This document shows, in pieces, positions 53,573-63,700 of a DNA stretch of 64,000 nucleotides (its first letter is position 1; the number at the start of each line of letters is the position of its first letter). The position numbers and the translations under genes are program-made. Source of the DNA: an uncultured Candidatus Rokubacteria bacterium (lineage in GTDB: Bacteria > Methylomirabilota > Methylomirabilia > Rokubacteriales > CSP1-6); NCBI GenBank assembly GCA_963747235.1, contig CAVVEU010000015.1, positions 1 through 64,000 on the forward strand, read 5' to 3'. Under the pieces are notes generated by a model. It worked only from the letters and a program-made list of their open reading frames with translations. It did no database searches and was not told the origin of the DNA.

Positions 53573-54619
53573 ATGAACCCATTTCGACGCTCGTTCCTCA
53601 AGCTGCTCGCCACCGGCGGCGCGGTCGCCGCCTCGGTCCCAACTCTCGCCCGGGCCGACCGAATTCGCGTCCTGCCCGACGGCGGCGACGACGCCATCGC
53701 CCAGCTCGTGGCCGGGCAGCGCAGCCCGGAGCTCGGGCGGGCGCTGGGCGGCCTCACCCTGGGCCCGGCCGCCGTCCAGGGCGGCCTCGCGGTGCTGTGG
53801 CTGCACGCCAAGGACACCGGCGCGCCGGCGCTCGAGATCCTGACGCTCGACGAGGGCCGGGCCCGCGGCGCCCTCACGGTGATCGAGCGCGCCCAGGCCA
53901 GCGTGCCGGAGCTGATCGCGGAGAACCACGGCAAGACCCACGTGCTGCTCCTGGCCGGCGAGATCCTGATCGGGGGCAAGCAGAACCGCGTGCTGCGCGA
54001 GGACCTGCTCCTGCCGCCGCTCAGCGGGCCGCGGAACATCGCGGTGTACTGCGTGGAGCAGGGCCGCTGGAACGAGGGCCGCAAGGACTTCGACAGCCGC
54101 GGCAGCGTGGTGCAGCCGAGTGTCCGCTCCCAGGTCCTGCGCAAGGCGGACCAGTCGCGCATCTGGTCCGGCGTCGCGTCCGCCTCGCGCGAGATGGCGG
54201 CACCCTCGGCGACCGGCAGCTACCAGGCCATCTACGACAAGCCCGAGGTGAAGGCGCACCTCGAGCAGACGACCCGGAGCTTCGATCCGACGGTGGCCCC
54301 CACCGCGGTCGGCGCCGCCGTCTTCGTGGGGCCGAATCTCGCCGGCGTGGACTGCTTCCACGCCCCGGGCCTCTTCGCGCGGGAGTGGCCCAAGCTGCTG
54401 CGCGCCTACGCGCTCGACGCCTACGGGACCGCCGCGGGCGCGTGGGACGAGGCGGCCGCGCGGGCGCGCACCGAGGGGCTCCTGCGCGCGGCCGCGCGCG
54501 TCGAGGGCGGCGCGCGCGGGAGCGTGGGGGCCGGGCGGCACTTCGAGTTCACGCTGGACGGCCGGCGCGGCGCCGCCCTGCTCTTCGAGGGCCAGGCGAT
54601 CCATGTCGCGATCCTGTGA
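53573..54619 (+). CDS. Tat-exported protein with a DUF6569/ARPP-1-like domain
   Basis: Tat motif FRRSFLK; GEILIGGKQNRV, CVEQGRW and QSRIW motifs, assigned to this family from memory. Confidence 0.7.
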   Translation: MNPFRRSFLKLLATGGAVAASVPTLARADRIRVLPDGGDDAIAQLVAGQRSPELGRALGGLTLGPAAVQGGLAVLWLHAKDTGAPALEILTLDEGRARGALTVIERAQASVPELIAENHGKTHVLLLAGEILIGGKQNRVLREDLLLPPLSGPRNIAVYCVEQGRWNEGRKDFDSRGSVVQPSVRSQVLRKADQSRIWSGVASASREMAAPSATGSYQAIYDKPEVKAHLEQTTRSFDPTVAPTAVGAAVFVGPNLAGVDCFHAPGLFAREWPKLLRAYALDAYGTAAGAWDEAAARARTEGLLRAAARVEGGARGSVGAGRHFEFTLDGRRGAALLFEGQAIHVAIL

Positions 54620-54742
54620 GCGACGCGCGCGGAGGAACTTTTGATCGTCGGGCGCGCGCGCGTATGATCTGGCCACACGCCGAGCCGCGCGCGGGGCCGA
54701 GCCCACCGCGTCGTCCCGGCGGCCAAGGAGGCCACACACGCG

Positions 54743-55312
54743 ATGGCGGCGAGATTGCCCTACCTCGATCGGGCGCAGGTCGGCCCCGAGCTCCAGTCGG
54801 TCTTCGATACGCTCCAGAAGGCGAGCGGACGCGTGCTCAACTTCTACCGGCTCATGGCGCACCACGCACGGTCGGTGGCGCCGTTCGTCGCCTGGTACCC
54901 GCAGCTCCGCGAGGGCGCGCTCGACCTCAAGCTCCGCTACCTGGCCTACGTCCGCGCGTCGCAGCTCAACCGCTGCCGCTACTGCGTCACCCACAACGGG
55001 GCCGCCGCGCGCCGCGTCGGCGTCTCCCGGGAGCAGCTCGACGCGCTCGCCGACTTCCAGACCAGCCCGCTCTTCTCGGAGCTCGAGCGGCTCGTGCTCC
55101 GGTACGCGGAGGAGATGACCCTTCGCGTCCAGGTGGACCCGGCGCTCGTGGGGACGCTCAAGAAACACCTCGACCCCGAGTCGCTGGTGCAGCTCACCCT
55201 CTCCGTCGCCGCGGCCAACTTCACCAACCGCTTCAACGAAGCGCTCGGCACCGAGCTCGAGTTCGAGGAGGGCCGCGTCGAGCCTTCCGCGGCGTCCCGC
55301 CCCGCCGGGTGA
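54743..55312 (+). CDS. AhpD/CMD-like protein
   Basis: ASQLNRCRYCVTH and ANFTNRFN motifs. Confidence 0.85.
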   Translation: MAARLPYLDRAQVGPELQSVFDTLQKASGRVLNFYRLMAHHARSVAPFVAWYPQLREGALDLKLRYLAYVRASQLNRCRYCVTHNGAAARRVGVSREQLDALADFQTSPLFSELERLVLRYAEEMTLRVQVDPALVGTLKKHLDPESLVQLTLSVAAANFTNRFNEALGTELEFEEGRVEPSAASRPAG

Positions 55313-55830
55313 GCGCGCCTCGTCATTGTCTGGCGTGCGGCGCCCGCCTGCGGGCCACGCGCCAGGACGGCTTCCGCCGGTGGCGGTGCCCCCGCTGCGG
55401 GTGGATCTTCTACAACAACCCGGTGCCCGCGACGGTGGCCATCGTGGTGGGGCCGCGGGGCATCCTCCTGTGCCGGCGGGCCGCCGCGCCCTACGCGGGT
55501 TACTGGGACCTGGCCGGGGGCTTCCTCGAGGTGGACGAGACGCCGGAGCGCGGGCTGCGCCGCGAGCTGCGCGAGGAGCTCGGCGCGCGCGTTCGGCGGG
55601 CGCGCTTCCGCGGCTTCGTGCCGGATCGCTACGGCCCCGACGGCTTCCCGGTGCTGGGGATCGTCTACGAGGTGCGCGTGGCCGGACGGCTCACGCCGGG
55701 GAGCGACGTGAGCGAGGTGCGCTGGGTGAGGCGCGACGCGATTCCGTGGCGGCGGCTCGGCTTCGCCTCGATCCGCCGGGCGCTCCGCGACTATCTGCGG
55801 GGCGGAGACCAGAAGATCACGTTGCGGTGA
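55309..55830 (+). CDS. Zinc-ribbon Nudix hydrolase (ADP-ribose/NADH pyrophosphatase-like)
   Basis: CLACG...CPRCGWIFYNNP; Nudix box GGFLEVDETPERGLRRELREELG (end of the 53479 ORF). Confidence 0.85.
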   Translation: MSAPRHCLACGARLRATRQDGFRRWRCPRCGWIFYNNPVPATVAIVVGPRGILLCRRAAAPYAGYWDLAGGFLEVDETPERGLRRELREELGARVRRARFRGFVPDRYGPDGFPVLGIVYEVRVAGRLTPGSDVSEVRWVRRDAIPWRRLGFASIRRALRDYLRGGDQKITLR

Positions 55831-56246
55831 CCCGGCTCGTGCCGGAGCACGAGCACCAGGTTGCGCGTGAGATGGCCGAAGGCGGCCACCGCGGCCAGCG
55901 CGAGCACGACACCACCGGCCGGCACGAGCACGGGCGCGCTGCTCGCGCCCCAGACACGCCACGCGAGCCCCACCGCGACCGCGCCCAGCCCCAGCGTGGA
56001 CTCGAGGCACGTGCGCACCTCGCCCGGATGCGGATCAGCCGTCGCCGCCACACGCGGCGCCTCCAGCGCCAGGCGGGCCAGATCGCGCGCGAGTCCCGCG
56101 CCGAGTAGCGCGACGCCCGCGCAGACGAGCATCATCGGCCGGGTGAGCGCGATCTGCCACGCCGGCCGGGCCAGCAGCAGGACGAGACCCGCCGCGAGCG
56201 CAGCCAGATCCAGGACGCGCTCGACCCGCGCGATGCGTGGCTCCAT
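55791..56246 (-). CDS. Small hypothetical membrane protein
   Basis: Four hydrophobic segments; CLESTLG motif. Confidence 0.55.
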   Translation of the reverse strand: MEPRIARVERVLDLAALAAGLVLLLARPAWQIALTRPMMLVCAGVALLGAGLARDLARLALEAPRVAATADPHPGEVRTCLESTLGLGAVAVGLAWRVWGASSAPVLVPAGGVVLALAAVAAFGHLTRNLVLVLRHEPGHRNVIFWSPPRR

Positions 56247-56377
56247 GGGCCCATGCTGGCACAGAGCAACCCTTGCGCTGTCCGAACTCTGACGGGGCTG
56301 CCGTCGCCCTGACGATCCCGAGATGACGGCCCGGGGGCAATCTCCTGACATTCCAGATGTTTAGGACCCATGCGCCG

Positions 56378-56393
56378 TGGCATGTCCCATGCG
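56378..56393 (+). promoter_or_regulatory. Probable sigma54 promoter
   Basis: TGGCAT-gtccc-ATGCG (GG-N10-GC). Confidence 0.55.
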
Positions 56394-56454
56394 ATGAAGG
56401 CGGCACCGAGACACGACGGCGCAAGCCGATCCGAGATGGGCAAAGGAGCAACAC

Positions 56455-56676
56455 ATGGCGCAGACCGAGGATGTCCTGGCCGAGTACGTCGAGCGGCTGT
56501 TCGCGAAGGCGAGCTTGCTGAGTCTGGCGGTGCTGGGACACGGCCGCATGCTGGAGGACGGCTGTCTGCGGCCGGACGGGAATCGCCTCGATCAGCTCCA
56601 GTCCCTGGCCACCGAGCTCGAGTTCGGCCTGGGCATGATCCACGACCGGCTCACCGAGCGCGGCGAGCTCGCCTGA
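56455..56676 (+). CDS. Small hypothetical helical protein (73 aa)
   Basis: RBS AAGGAG; high-GC3 codon usage. Confidence 0.65.
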   Translation: MAQTEDVLAEYVERLFAKASLLSLAVLGHGRMLEDGCLRPDGNRLDQLQSLATELEFGLGMIHDRLTERGELA

Positions 56677-56690
56677 GCGCCCGGCGCGTC

Positions 56691-57272
56691 ATGCGGTCGC
56701 GCATCGCTCGTGTCGTCACGCTGGCCTTGGCGCTGCTGCCGCTCGGCTGCGCGCGCCCCATCGAGCCGGCGCGCGTGACCGTGGTCACGGCGGCCGCCCC
56801 CGCCCCCGTGACCGCCCCGCCGCCCGCGCCCACCTGGCCGGACGCGGCGCCGGCCCCCGACCTCCCCACCCCCGAGGGCACCGCCGAGACCTTCATCGCG
56901 CGCGCGGAGCTCCCCGACGTGCACTTCGCCTCGGGCGAGATCCAGGTCGACCGGCGCGAGCTCGCGGCGCTCGACGCGGCGGCCGCCTGGCTCAAGGCCA
57001 ACCCGGGCCAGCTCGTGATCGTCGAGGGCTACACCGACGTGGTCGGCCCGCGCGCCGCCAACCTGGCGCTGGCCCAGCGCCGCGCGCGGTGGGTGATGGA
57101 CTACCTGGTGACGAAGGGCGTGCCCGCCGAGCGGATCACCGCGGTGGCGCGCGGGGAAAGCGGCACGGTCTGCGCAGACCGGTCCGCGGCCTGCCAGGGC
57201 CGCAACCGGCGCGTGCACTTCCTGGTCCGCGAGAGCGGACCGCTCCAGCTCAGCGCGTCGCCCAGCCGCTGA
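56691..57272 (+). CDS. OmpA/Pal-like peptidoglycan-binding lipoprotein
   Basis: Lipobox PLGC, Pro-rich linker, VEGYTD, NLALAQRRA and NRRV motifs. Confidence 0.85.
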   Translation: MRSRIARVVTLALALLPLGCARPIEPARVTVVTAAAPAPVTAPPPAPTWPDAAPAPDLPTPEGTAETFIARAELPDVHFASGEIQVDRRELAALDAAAAWLKANPGQLVIVEGYTDVVGPRAANLALAQRRARWVMDYLVTKGVPAERITAVARGESGTVCADRSAACQGRNRRVHFLVRESGPLQLSASPSR

Positions 57273-58212
57273 GGCAGGCGAGCGCGTCCGCCCGGCCGCG
57301 CTCGAGCGCCCGCGCGATTCCTTCCTGATCGAAGTCGAGCGGCCGCAGCGCGAGCGGCGCCGACGGCTGCAGCAGGTGCACCTCCACTCCCGGGAACTTG
57401 AGCCGGGCCAGCTCCACGTCCCGCCGGATCTGGTGGATCATCCCCATCTCGAACGCCTCTTCCAGCGCGCGGCGCATCGTGGTGGGCGGCGCGCCGCGCT
57501 CGTCCGGCGCGTAGCTCATCACCACCACGGCCCGGCCCACGCCCGGCTCCGCGGCGAGCGCCTCCAGCACCGGCGCGCGGCCGGTCAGCCCACCGTCCAC
57601 CAGGAGCGTGCCGCCCACGTCCACCGCGGGGAACGCGCCGGGCACCGCCGCCGCCGCCATCAGGGCCTCGCGGGTGATGGTCTGGTTGTCGAAGAGGCGC
57701 GGCTCGCGCCGGGCCAGGTCGCTCGTGATCACGAGGAGGCGCACCGGAGAGGCGCGGACGCGGTCGAGATCGAGCGAGGCGTCGATCAGCTCGCCCAGCG
57801 GCCCCGGGTCGAAGAGGGAGCCCGCGCGATCCAGGGCGAGCAGGGTGAGCCAGCCCGGCAGCAGGCCCGCGAAGAGCACGCGCGTGCGGAGCGAGTAGAC
57901 CCGGTCGCGCGAGAGGCCGCGCCAGAGCGCCTCCAGGCGCTCCATGCGGCCGTCGGCGATCATGGCCGCGTTCAGCGCGCCCGCGGAGGAGCCGGCCACC
58001 AGCCGGATCGGCAGGCCGCGCTCGACGAAGACGGCGGCCACGCCCGCCTCGTAGGCGCCCTTGGCGCCGCCGCCCGAGAGCACGAGCGCGGTGGGCACGT
58101 CGAGCGGGCGCGTGGACGGCCCGCACGCGGACGCGGCCGCGGAGCCGGCGCCCAGGGCGAGCCCGAGGAGAGCGACTTCGAGTAGCCGCGCGATCGCGAG
58201 GTGTGAAGGCAT
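57250..58212 (-). CDS. Patatin-like phospholipase
   Basis: LSGGGAKG, GSSAG and DGG motifs. Confidence 0.9.
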   Translation of the reverse strand: MPSHLAIARLLEVALLGLALGAGSAAASACGPSTRPLDVPTALVLSGGGAKGAYEAGVAAVFVERGLPIRLVAGSSAGALNAAMIADGRMERLEALWRGLSRDRVYSLRTRVLFAGLLPGWLTLLALDRAGSLFDPGPLGELIDASLDLDRVRASPVRLLVITSDLARREPRLFDNQTITREALMAAAAVPGAFPAVDVGGTLLVDGGLTGRAPVLEALAAEPGVGRAVVVMSYAPDERGAPPTTMRRALEEAFEMGMIHQIRRDVELARLKFPGVEVHLLQPSAPLALRPLDFDQEGIARALERGRADALACLSGWATR

Positions 58213-58266
58213 GGCCCGGCTCTTACAACGAGCCGGGCCTTCGCGTCAAATGGAGCGGGCGCGGGA

Positions 58267-58653
58267 CTAGCGGGCGGGCGTGGCCTCGGGCTGACGGTCC
58301 AGCACCATCCGCACGCGCCGGGAGAGGTACTCGGTGGTGAACGGCTTGGTGATGACCGGGCCGATCGGGTTGAGCCCGCTCGTGACGAGGAAGTCGCGGT
58401 CGTAGGCGGACATGAACATCACCTTCAAGCCGGGCAGCAGCGCGACGAGCCCGGCCGCGAGCTCGCAGCCGTTCATCCCGGGCATCACCACGTCGGACAA
58501 CAGCATGTGGATCGGGCCCGGGTGCTCGGCCGCGACGCGGATCGCGTCCTGGCCGTCCGCGGCTTCGAGCACCCGATACCCTTCACCGGCCAGCACGTCG
58601 CGGGCGAGCACCCGCACCCACGGATCGTCGTCCACCACGAGGATGGTACGCAT
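58267..58653 (-). CDS. Single-domain response regulator
   Basis: ILVVDDD, LSDVVMPGMNG and ITKPF motifs. Confidence 0.9.
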   Translation of the reverse strand: MRTILVVDDDPWVRVLARDVLAGEGYRVLEAADGQDAIRVAAEHPGPIHMLLSDVVMPGMNGCELAAGLVALLPGLKVMFMSAYDRDFLVTSGLNPIGPVITKPFTTEYLSRRVRMVLDRQPEATPAR

Positions 58654-58994
58654 CAGCTCGCCCGCCGGCGCCGCACGCGGGCCTGGATCTTGGCGGGCCC
58701 CGCGGCGAGGCGCGCATCGCTCTCCGCGCGCTTCGCGCGCAGCCGCTCCAGCCAGAGGGGGCGTGGCATCGCGGCGACGTGGACCGCGCGGTCCACGTTG
58801 ACGTTGCCGATCACGACGGGAGCCTTCTCCGAGCGCTCGCGGTTGAGCCAGGACTCGAGCGGATAGAACTCGATACTGCCGCAGGTCGGGCAGTTCCGGA
58901 ACATGGCCGAGTCGAACACGGTATTGCAATCGAGCTCCATGCAGAGCTTCGCGAATCGTAGATCGATGCGTGGCAGGTCTCGTTCGAAACTCAT
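58653..58994 (-). CDS. Small zinc-ribbon hypothetical protein
   Basis: CMELDC...CPTCGS; RBS GGAGG; TGATG overlap with the receiver gene. Confidence 0.7.
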   Translation of the reverse strand: MSFERDLPRIDLRFAKLCMELDCNTVFDSAMFRNCPTCGSIEFYPLESWLNRERSEKAPVVIGNVNVDRAVHVAAMPRPLWLERLRAKRAESDARLAAGPAKIQARVRRRRAS

Positions 58995-59354
58995 CCGATC
59001 CTCCCGTGGTGGCGGCTAGCCCCACTATCTCTGTGACCAGGCAGGCCGGAGAGCCCGGGGGCCGGTACAACCCGCCGGTGGAGAAGGGACCGACAAATTA
59101 TCCCGACCACCGCGCTTCCGACCTGCCTGATCCGTACGCTCTCCTAGGGGCAAGTCCTGTACCAGAAGGGATGCGTCGTAGAATCAGCGGCTTGCCGACC
59201 GGCCGCCCGAGCGAGTTCCCCCGTTCTTCCGTGGGTGGGCAACGAACTACCCTATTGGTGGGTCGGTCCTCTCTCCGCACATTCTGCGGAGTGAGTAAGC
59301 ACACGCGGGGGCCGTCTTGACAGCGCGCGCGCACGCCCCGCATGATCTTCATGG

Positions 59355-60653
59355 ATGGCTTCGGACGATCTCGCTTCCCTCCTCGCCGGCCGCGCGGCCA
59401 CGCTCATCGCGGACGGCTCGCTCTCCCCGGTGGATCTGCTCGAGTCGTGCCTCGCGCGCATCGCGGCGCGCGACGCGGAGATCCGCGCGTGGGTGCACGT
59501 GGACGAGGCGGGTGCGCGCGCCGTCGCGCGCGAGCGCCACGCGGAGGCCCGCGCGGGCCGGTCGCGCGGACCGCTGCACGGCGTGCCGGTGGGCATCAAG
59601 GACATCATTCACGTGGCGGGCCTCACCACCACGTGCGGCGCCGCGCCCGCCTTTCACGTCGCCGCGACCGAGGACGCCGCCGCGGTGGCGCGGCTCCGCG
59701 CGGCGGGCGCGATCATCCTCGGCAAGGCGCACACCACCGAGTTCGCGTACTTCGAGCCCGGCCCCACGCGCAATCCGTGGAATACCGCGCACACGCCGGG
59801 CGGCTCGTCCTCGGGCTCGGCGGCGGCGGTGGCCGCGCGCATGGCGCCGCTGGCCCTCGGCACCCAGACGGTCGGCTCGGTGCTGCGGCCCGCCGCCTAC
59901 TGCGGCGTGGTGGGCTTCAAGGGCACGCACGGCCTGATTCCCACCGAGGGCGTGGTGCCGCTCGCGTGGAGCCTCGACCACGTCGGCGTCTTCGCGCGCG
60001 CGGTCGCGGACGTGGCCCTCACCGCCGGGGTGCTCGCGGGGCGCCCGCTCGCCGGCCCCGCGGCGCGGCCGCCGCGGCTTGCGCTCGCGCCCGAGCTGGT
60101 GGACCGCGCCACCCCGGAGACCGCGGCCGAGGTGCGCGCGGCCGCGGCGCGCCTCGCGCGGGCGGGCGCGACCATCGAGGAGGTGAAGCTGCCCCCGTCG
60201 TTCGCGGGCGTGCACGCGGCGGGGCGCGAGGTGCTCGAGGTGGAGGCGAGCGCCTATCACGAGGAGCTCTACCGGGCCCACGCCGCCGCGTACCGGCCGC
60301 GCACCCGCGAGCTGATCGCGGGCGGGCTCGCGCGCCCCGCGGTGGCCTACGCGCGCGCACAGCGCGCCCGCCTCGCCTTCCGCGAGGAGGTCATGCCGCT
60401 GCTCGCGGCCCACGACGCGCTGCTCTCGCCGACCGCGCCGGCCCCCGCGCCGGAAGGGCTCGCGACGGGCGATCCGTGGTTCTGCGCGCCGTGGAGCTTC
60501 GCGGGCGCGCCCGCGTGCTCGCTGCCGAGCGGCGTGTCCGCGCTCGGGCTGCCGCACGCGGTGCAGCTCGTCGCGGCGGCGGAGCGGGACGCGGAGCTGC
60601 TCGCGGTGGCCGCGTGGTGCGAGCGCGTGCTAGACTTCAAGCTCTCCCCATAG
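59355..60653 (+). CDS. Amidase signature family protein
   Basis: GPLHGVPVGIKD, GGSSSGS and GTQTVGSVLRPAAYCG motifs; TTGACA-18-CATGAT at 59317-59346. Confidence 0.92.
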   Translation: MASDDLASLLAGRAATLIADGSLSPVDLLESCLARIAARDAEIRAWVHVDEAGARAVARERHAEARAGRSRGPLHGVPVGIKDIIHVAGLTTTCGAAPAFHVAATEDAAAVARLRAAGAIILGKAHTTEFAYFEPGPTRNPWNTAHTPGGSSSGSAAAVAARMAPLALGTQTVGSVLRPAAYCGVVGFKGTHGLIPTEGVVPLAWSLDHVGVFARAVADVALTAGVLAGRPLAGPAARPPRLALAPELVDRATPETAAEVRAAAARLARAGATIEEVKLPPSFAGVHAAGREVLEVEASAYHEELYRAHAAAYRPRTRELIAGGLARPAVAYARAQRARLAFREEVMPLLAAHDALLSPTAPAPAPEGLATGDPWFCAPWSFAGAPACSLPSGVSALGLPHAVQLVAAAERDAELLAVAAWCERVLDFKLSP

Positions 60654-60704
60654 GAACCGATCGTCGAATGGAACGGACGCGGTAGAAGGGCGGTTGATCA
60701 GTCA

Positions 60705-63700
60705 GTGGCAGACTCCAGTCCCCGGTTCGCGCTGAAGCGCATCTTCTCCTTCTCGCGCTCTGCCTCCACGCGCGGCCTCACCCCCAGCCAGCCCGCCCTC
60801 GCCACCGGCGTGATGAGCGAGGACGTGCTCACCGGCGCGTCGCGGCGGTCCTGGGTCGCGCGGATGCGCGAGCTGCTGCACCGGCGGTACGTCCTCTTCC
60901 CGCTGATCGTGGTGGTCCTGGCCCTCGCCACGCTCGTGGAGGTGCGCACCTCCACGATGCAGGCCCTCGTGCTCTCGCGCGCGGCCGCCTGGCTGACCTA
61001 CCGCGTGGACGCGGGCCCGAGCAAGGCCATCCGCTTCCCGCGGACCGGCCCCTACGACGAGCGGCTCGGCTACACCCGCCTCGGCGGCTTCGTCGAGCGG
61101 CTCGAGGGCGCGGGCTACCGCGTCGAGCGCCAGGCGCGGCTCTCGCCCGGCCTCGACCGGCTCGCCGCGTGGGGCGTCGCGCTGCCCTACCGGGAGAAGA
61201 CGCGCGCGGGGCTCGCGGTCCTCGATCGGGAGGAGAAGCCGCTCTACGCCACGCGCTACCCCGAGGAGGTCTACGAGCGCTTCGAGGCGGTGCCGACCCT
61301 CCTCGTCAACACCGTGCTCTTCATCGAGAACCGCGAGCTCCTGGACGCGGGCCACCCCTTCCGCAACCCGGTGGTGGACTGGCGGCGGCTCGCCAAGGCG
61401 GTGGGGGTCGAGACGCTCGGGCGCCTGGGCGGCGAGCGGCACTCCATCGGGGCGAGCACGCTGCCCACCCAGCTCGAGAAGCTCCGGCACTCGCCGGACG
61501 GGCGCACGCGCCACCCGGGCGACAAGCTGCACCAGATGATCACGGCGAGCCTGCGCGCCTACCAGGGCGGCGTGCAGACGCGGGCCGCGCGCCGGCAGAT
61601 CCTGGTGGACTATCTCGACTCGCTCCCCCTCGCCGCCGCGCCCGGTCACGGCGAGGTGCACGGCATGGGCGACGGCCTGCGCGTCTGGTACGGTCTCGAC
61701 TTCGCGGAGGCCAACGCGCTCCTCGAGGCCAAGCCCGGGGTCTCCGACGCGGCGCGGGCCCGCGTCTTCAAGCGCGCGCTCAGCCTCATCCTCGCGGTGC
61801 GGCGGCCCTACCACTACCTGGTCGAGAACCCGCGCGGCCTCGAGGAGTTCACCGACAGCTACCTGCGCGTGATGGCCCGCGCGGGCGTGATCGACGCGCG
61901 GCTGCGCGACGCCGCGCTCGCGGAGCGGCTCGAGCCGCGCGCGGGCAGCGGGCCCGCCACGATGGCCTTCGTGGAGCGCAAGGGCGCCAACCTGGTGCGC
62001 AGCCGGCTCACCACCCTGCTGAACGTGCCCGCCCTCTACGATCTCGACCGGCTCGACGTCACCGCCTACAGCACGCTGGACGCGCCCGGCCAGGCGGCGG
62101 CCTCGCGGCTCCTGCGGTCGCTGCGCGAGCCCGCGACCCTCGAGCGCCTCGGGCTCGTGGGCGAGAAGCTCCTGGGCGGCGGCGATCCCGCGCGCGTGCT
62201 CTACAGCGTCACGATCTACGAGCGCGGCCCCCACGCCAACCGGATCCGCATCCAGACCGACAACCTCGACCAGCCGCTCGACATCAACGGGGGCGCGCGG
62301 ATCGACCTGGGCTCCACCGCCAAGCTCCGCACCCTGATCTCGTATCTCGAGGCGATCGCGGTGCTCCACGACCGGTACGCCCGCCTCGCGCCGGCCGAGC
62401 TGGCCGCGGCGCGCCCGCATCCCAAGGACCGCATGGGCGCGTGGGCGCTCGAGTACCTCACCGCCGCGCGCGGGACCGACAAGACGCTCCAGGCCATGCT
62501 CGAGGCCTCGCTCGAGCGCAAGTACTCCGCGAGCCCGGCGGAGGCCTTCTTCACCGGCGGCGGGCTCCACACCTTCGGCAACTTCGACCGCGAGGACGAC
62601 CGCAAGGTGATGACGATCCGCGAGGCCTTCCAGAACTCGGTGAACCTCGTCTTCATCCGCCTGATGCGCGACGTGGTCACCAACCACCTCTACGGCTCCG
62701 AGAGCTCGCTGGCGGTGCGCCTGGCCGATCCCCTCGACCCGCGCCGCGATCGCTACCTGACCCGCTTCGCGGATCGGGAGGGCAGCGAGTTCGTCCGGCG
62801 CTTCTACCGGAAGTACCAGGGCCTGGCCCTCGACGCCCAGCTCGAGCTCGTGCTGAGCGGCGCGCGCGCCACCCCCAACGGGCTGGCCACCGCGCTGCGC
62901 TCGGTGTACCCCGAGGTCAGCTTCGAGGTCTTCCGCGAGATGCTCACCCCGCGCTTGCCCGGCCGCGGCCTGTCCGACAAGATGATCGAGGAGCTCTACG
63001 AGCGGGCGGACCCGCAGGCGATGCCGCTCGCCGATCGCGGCTACGTGGCCGGCGTGCATCCCCTCGAGCTGTGGCTCGCGGGCTACCTGCGGCGGCACCC
63101 GGGCGCGGGCATCACGCAGGTGGTGCGGGCCAGCAGCGCCGAGCGCCAGGCCGTCTACGGCTGGCTCTTCTTCACGCGCCACCGCAACGCGCAGGACAAT
63201 CGCATCGCGAGCCTGCTCGAGATCGAGGCCTTCCTCGATCTGCACCGGAGCTGGGAGCGGCTGGGCTATCCGTTCGCGTCGCTCACCCCGTCGCTCGCCA
63301 CCGCCATCGGCAGCTCCGGCGATCGTCCGGCCGCGCTCGCCGAGCTGATGGGCATCATCCTGAACGACGGCGTCCGCCTCCCCACCGTGCTCGTGGACGG
63401 CGTGGACTTCGGGGTGGGCACGCCCTACGAGACGCACATGGGCCGCGCGGAGGTGCCCGCGACGCAGGTGCTGGCGCCCGAGGTGGCCACGGTGGTGCGC
63501 GGCATGCTGACCCAGGTGGTCGAGCAGGGCACCGCGCGCGGCCTCCGGCCCGCGCTCGCGCAGCCGGGCGGCACCCCGCACCTGGCGGGCGGCAAGACCG
63601 GCACCGGCGATCACCGCTACTTCGTCTACGCCAAGAACGGCGCGGTGGTGGAATCGCGCGTGGTGAGCCGCGCCGCGACCTTCGTCTTCATGCTCGACAA

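Noticed and set aside
56257-56278. TGGCAC...TTGCG as another sigma54 site (also the minus-strand TGGCAC near 21890)
   Set aside because: The spacing is not GG-N10-GC.
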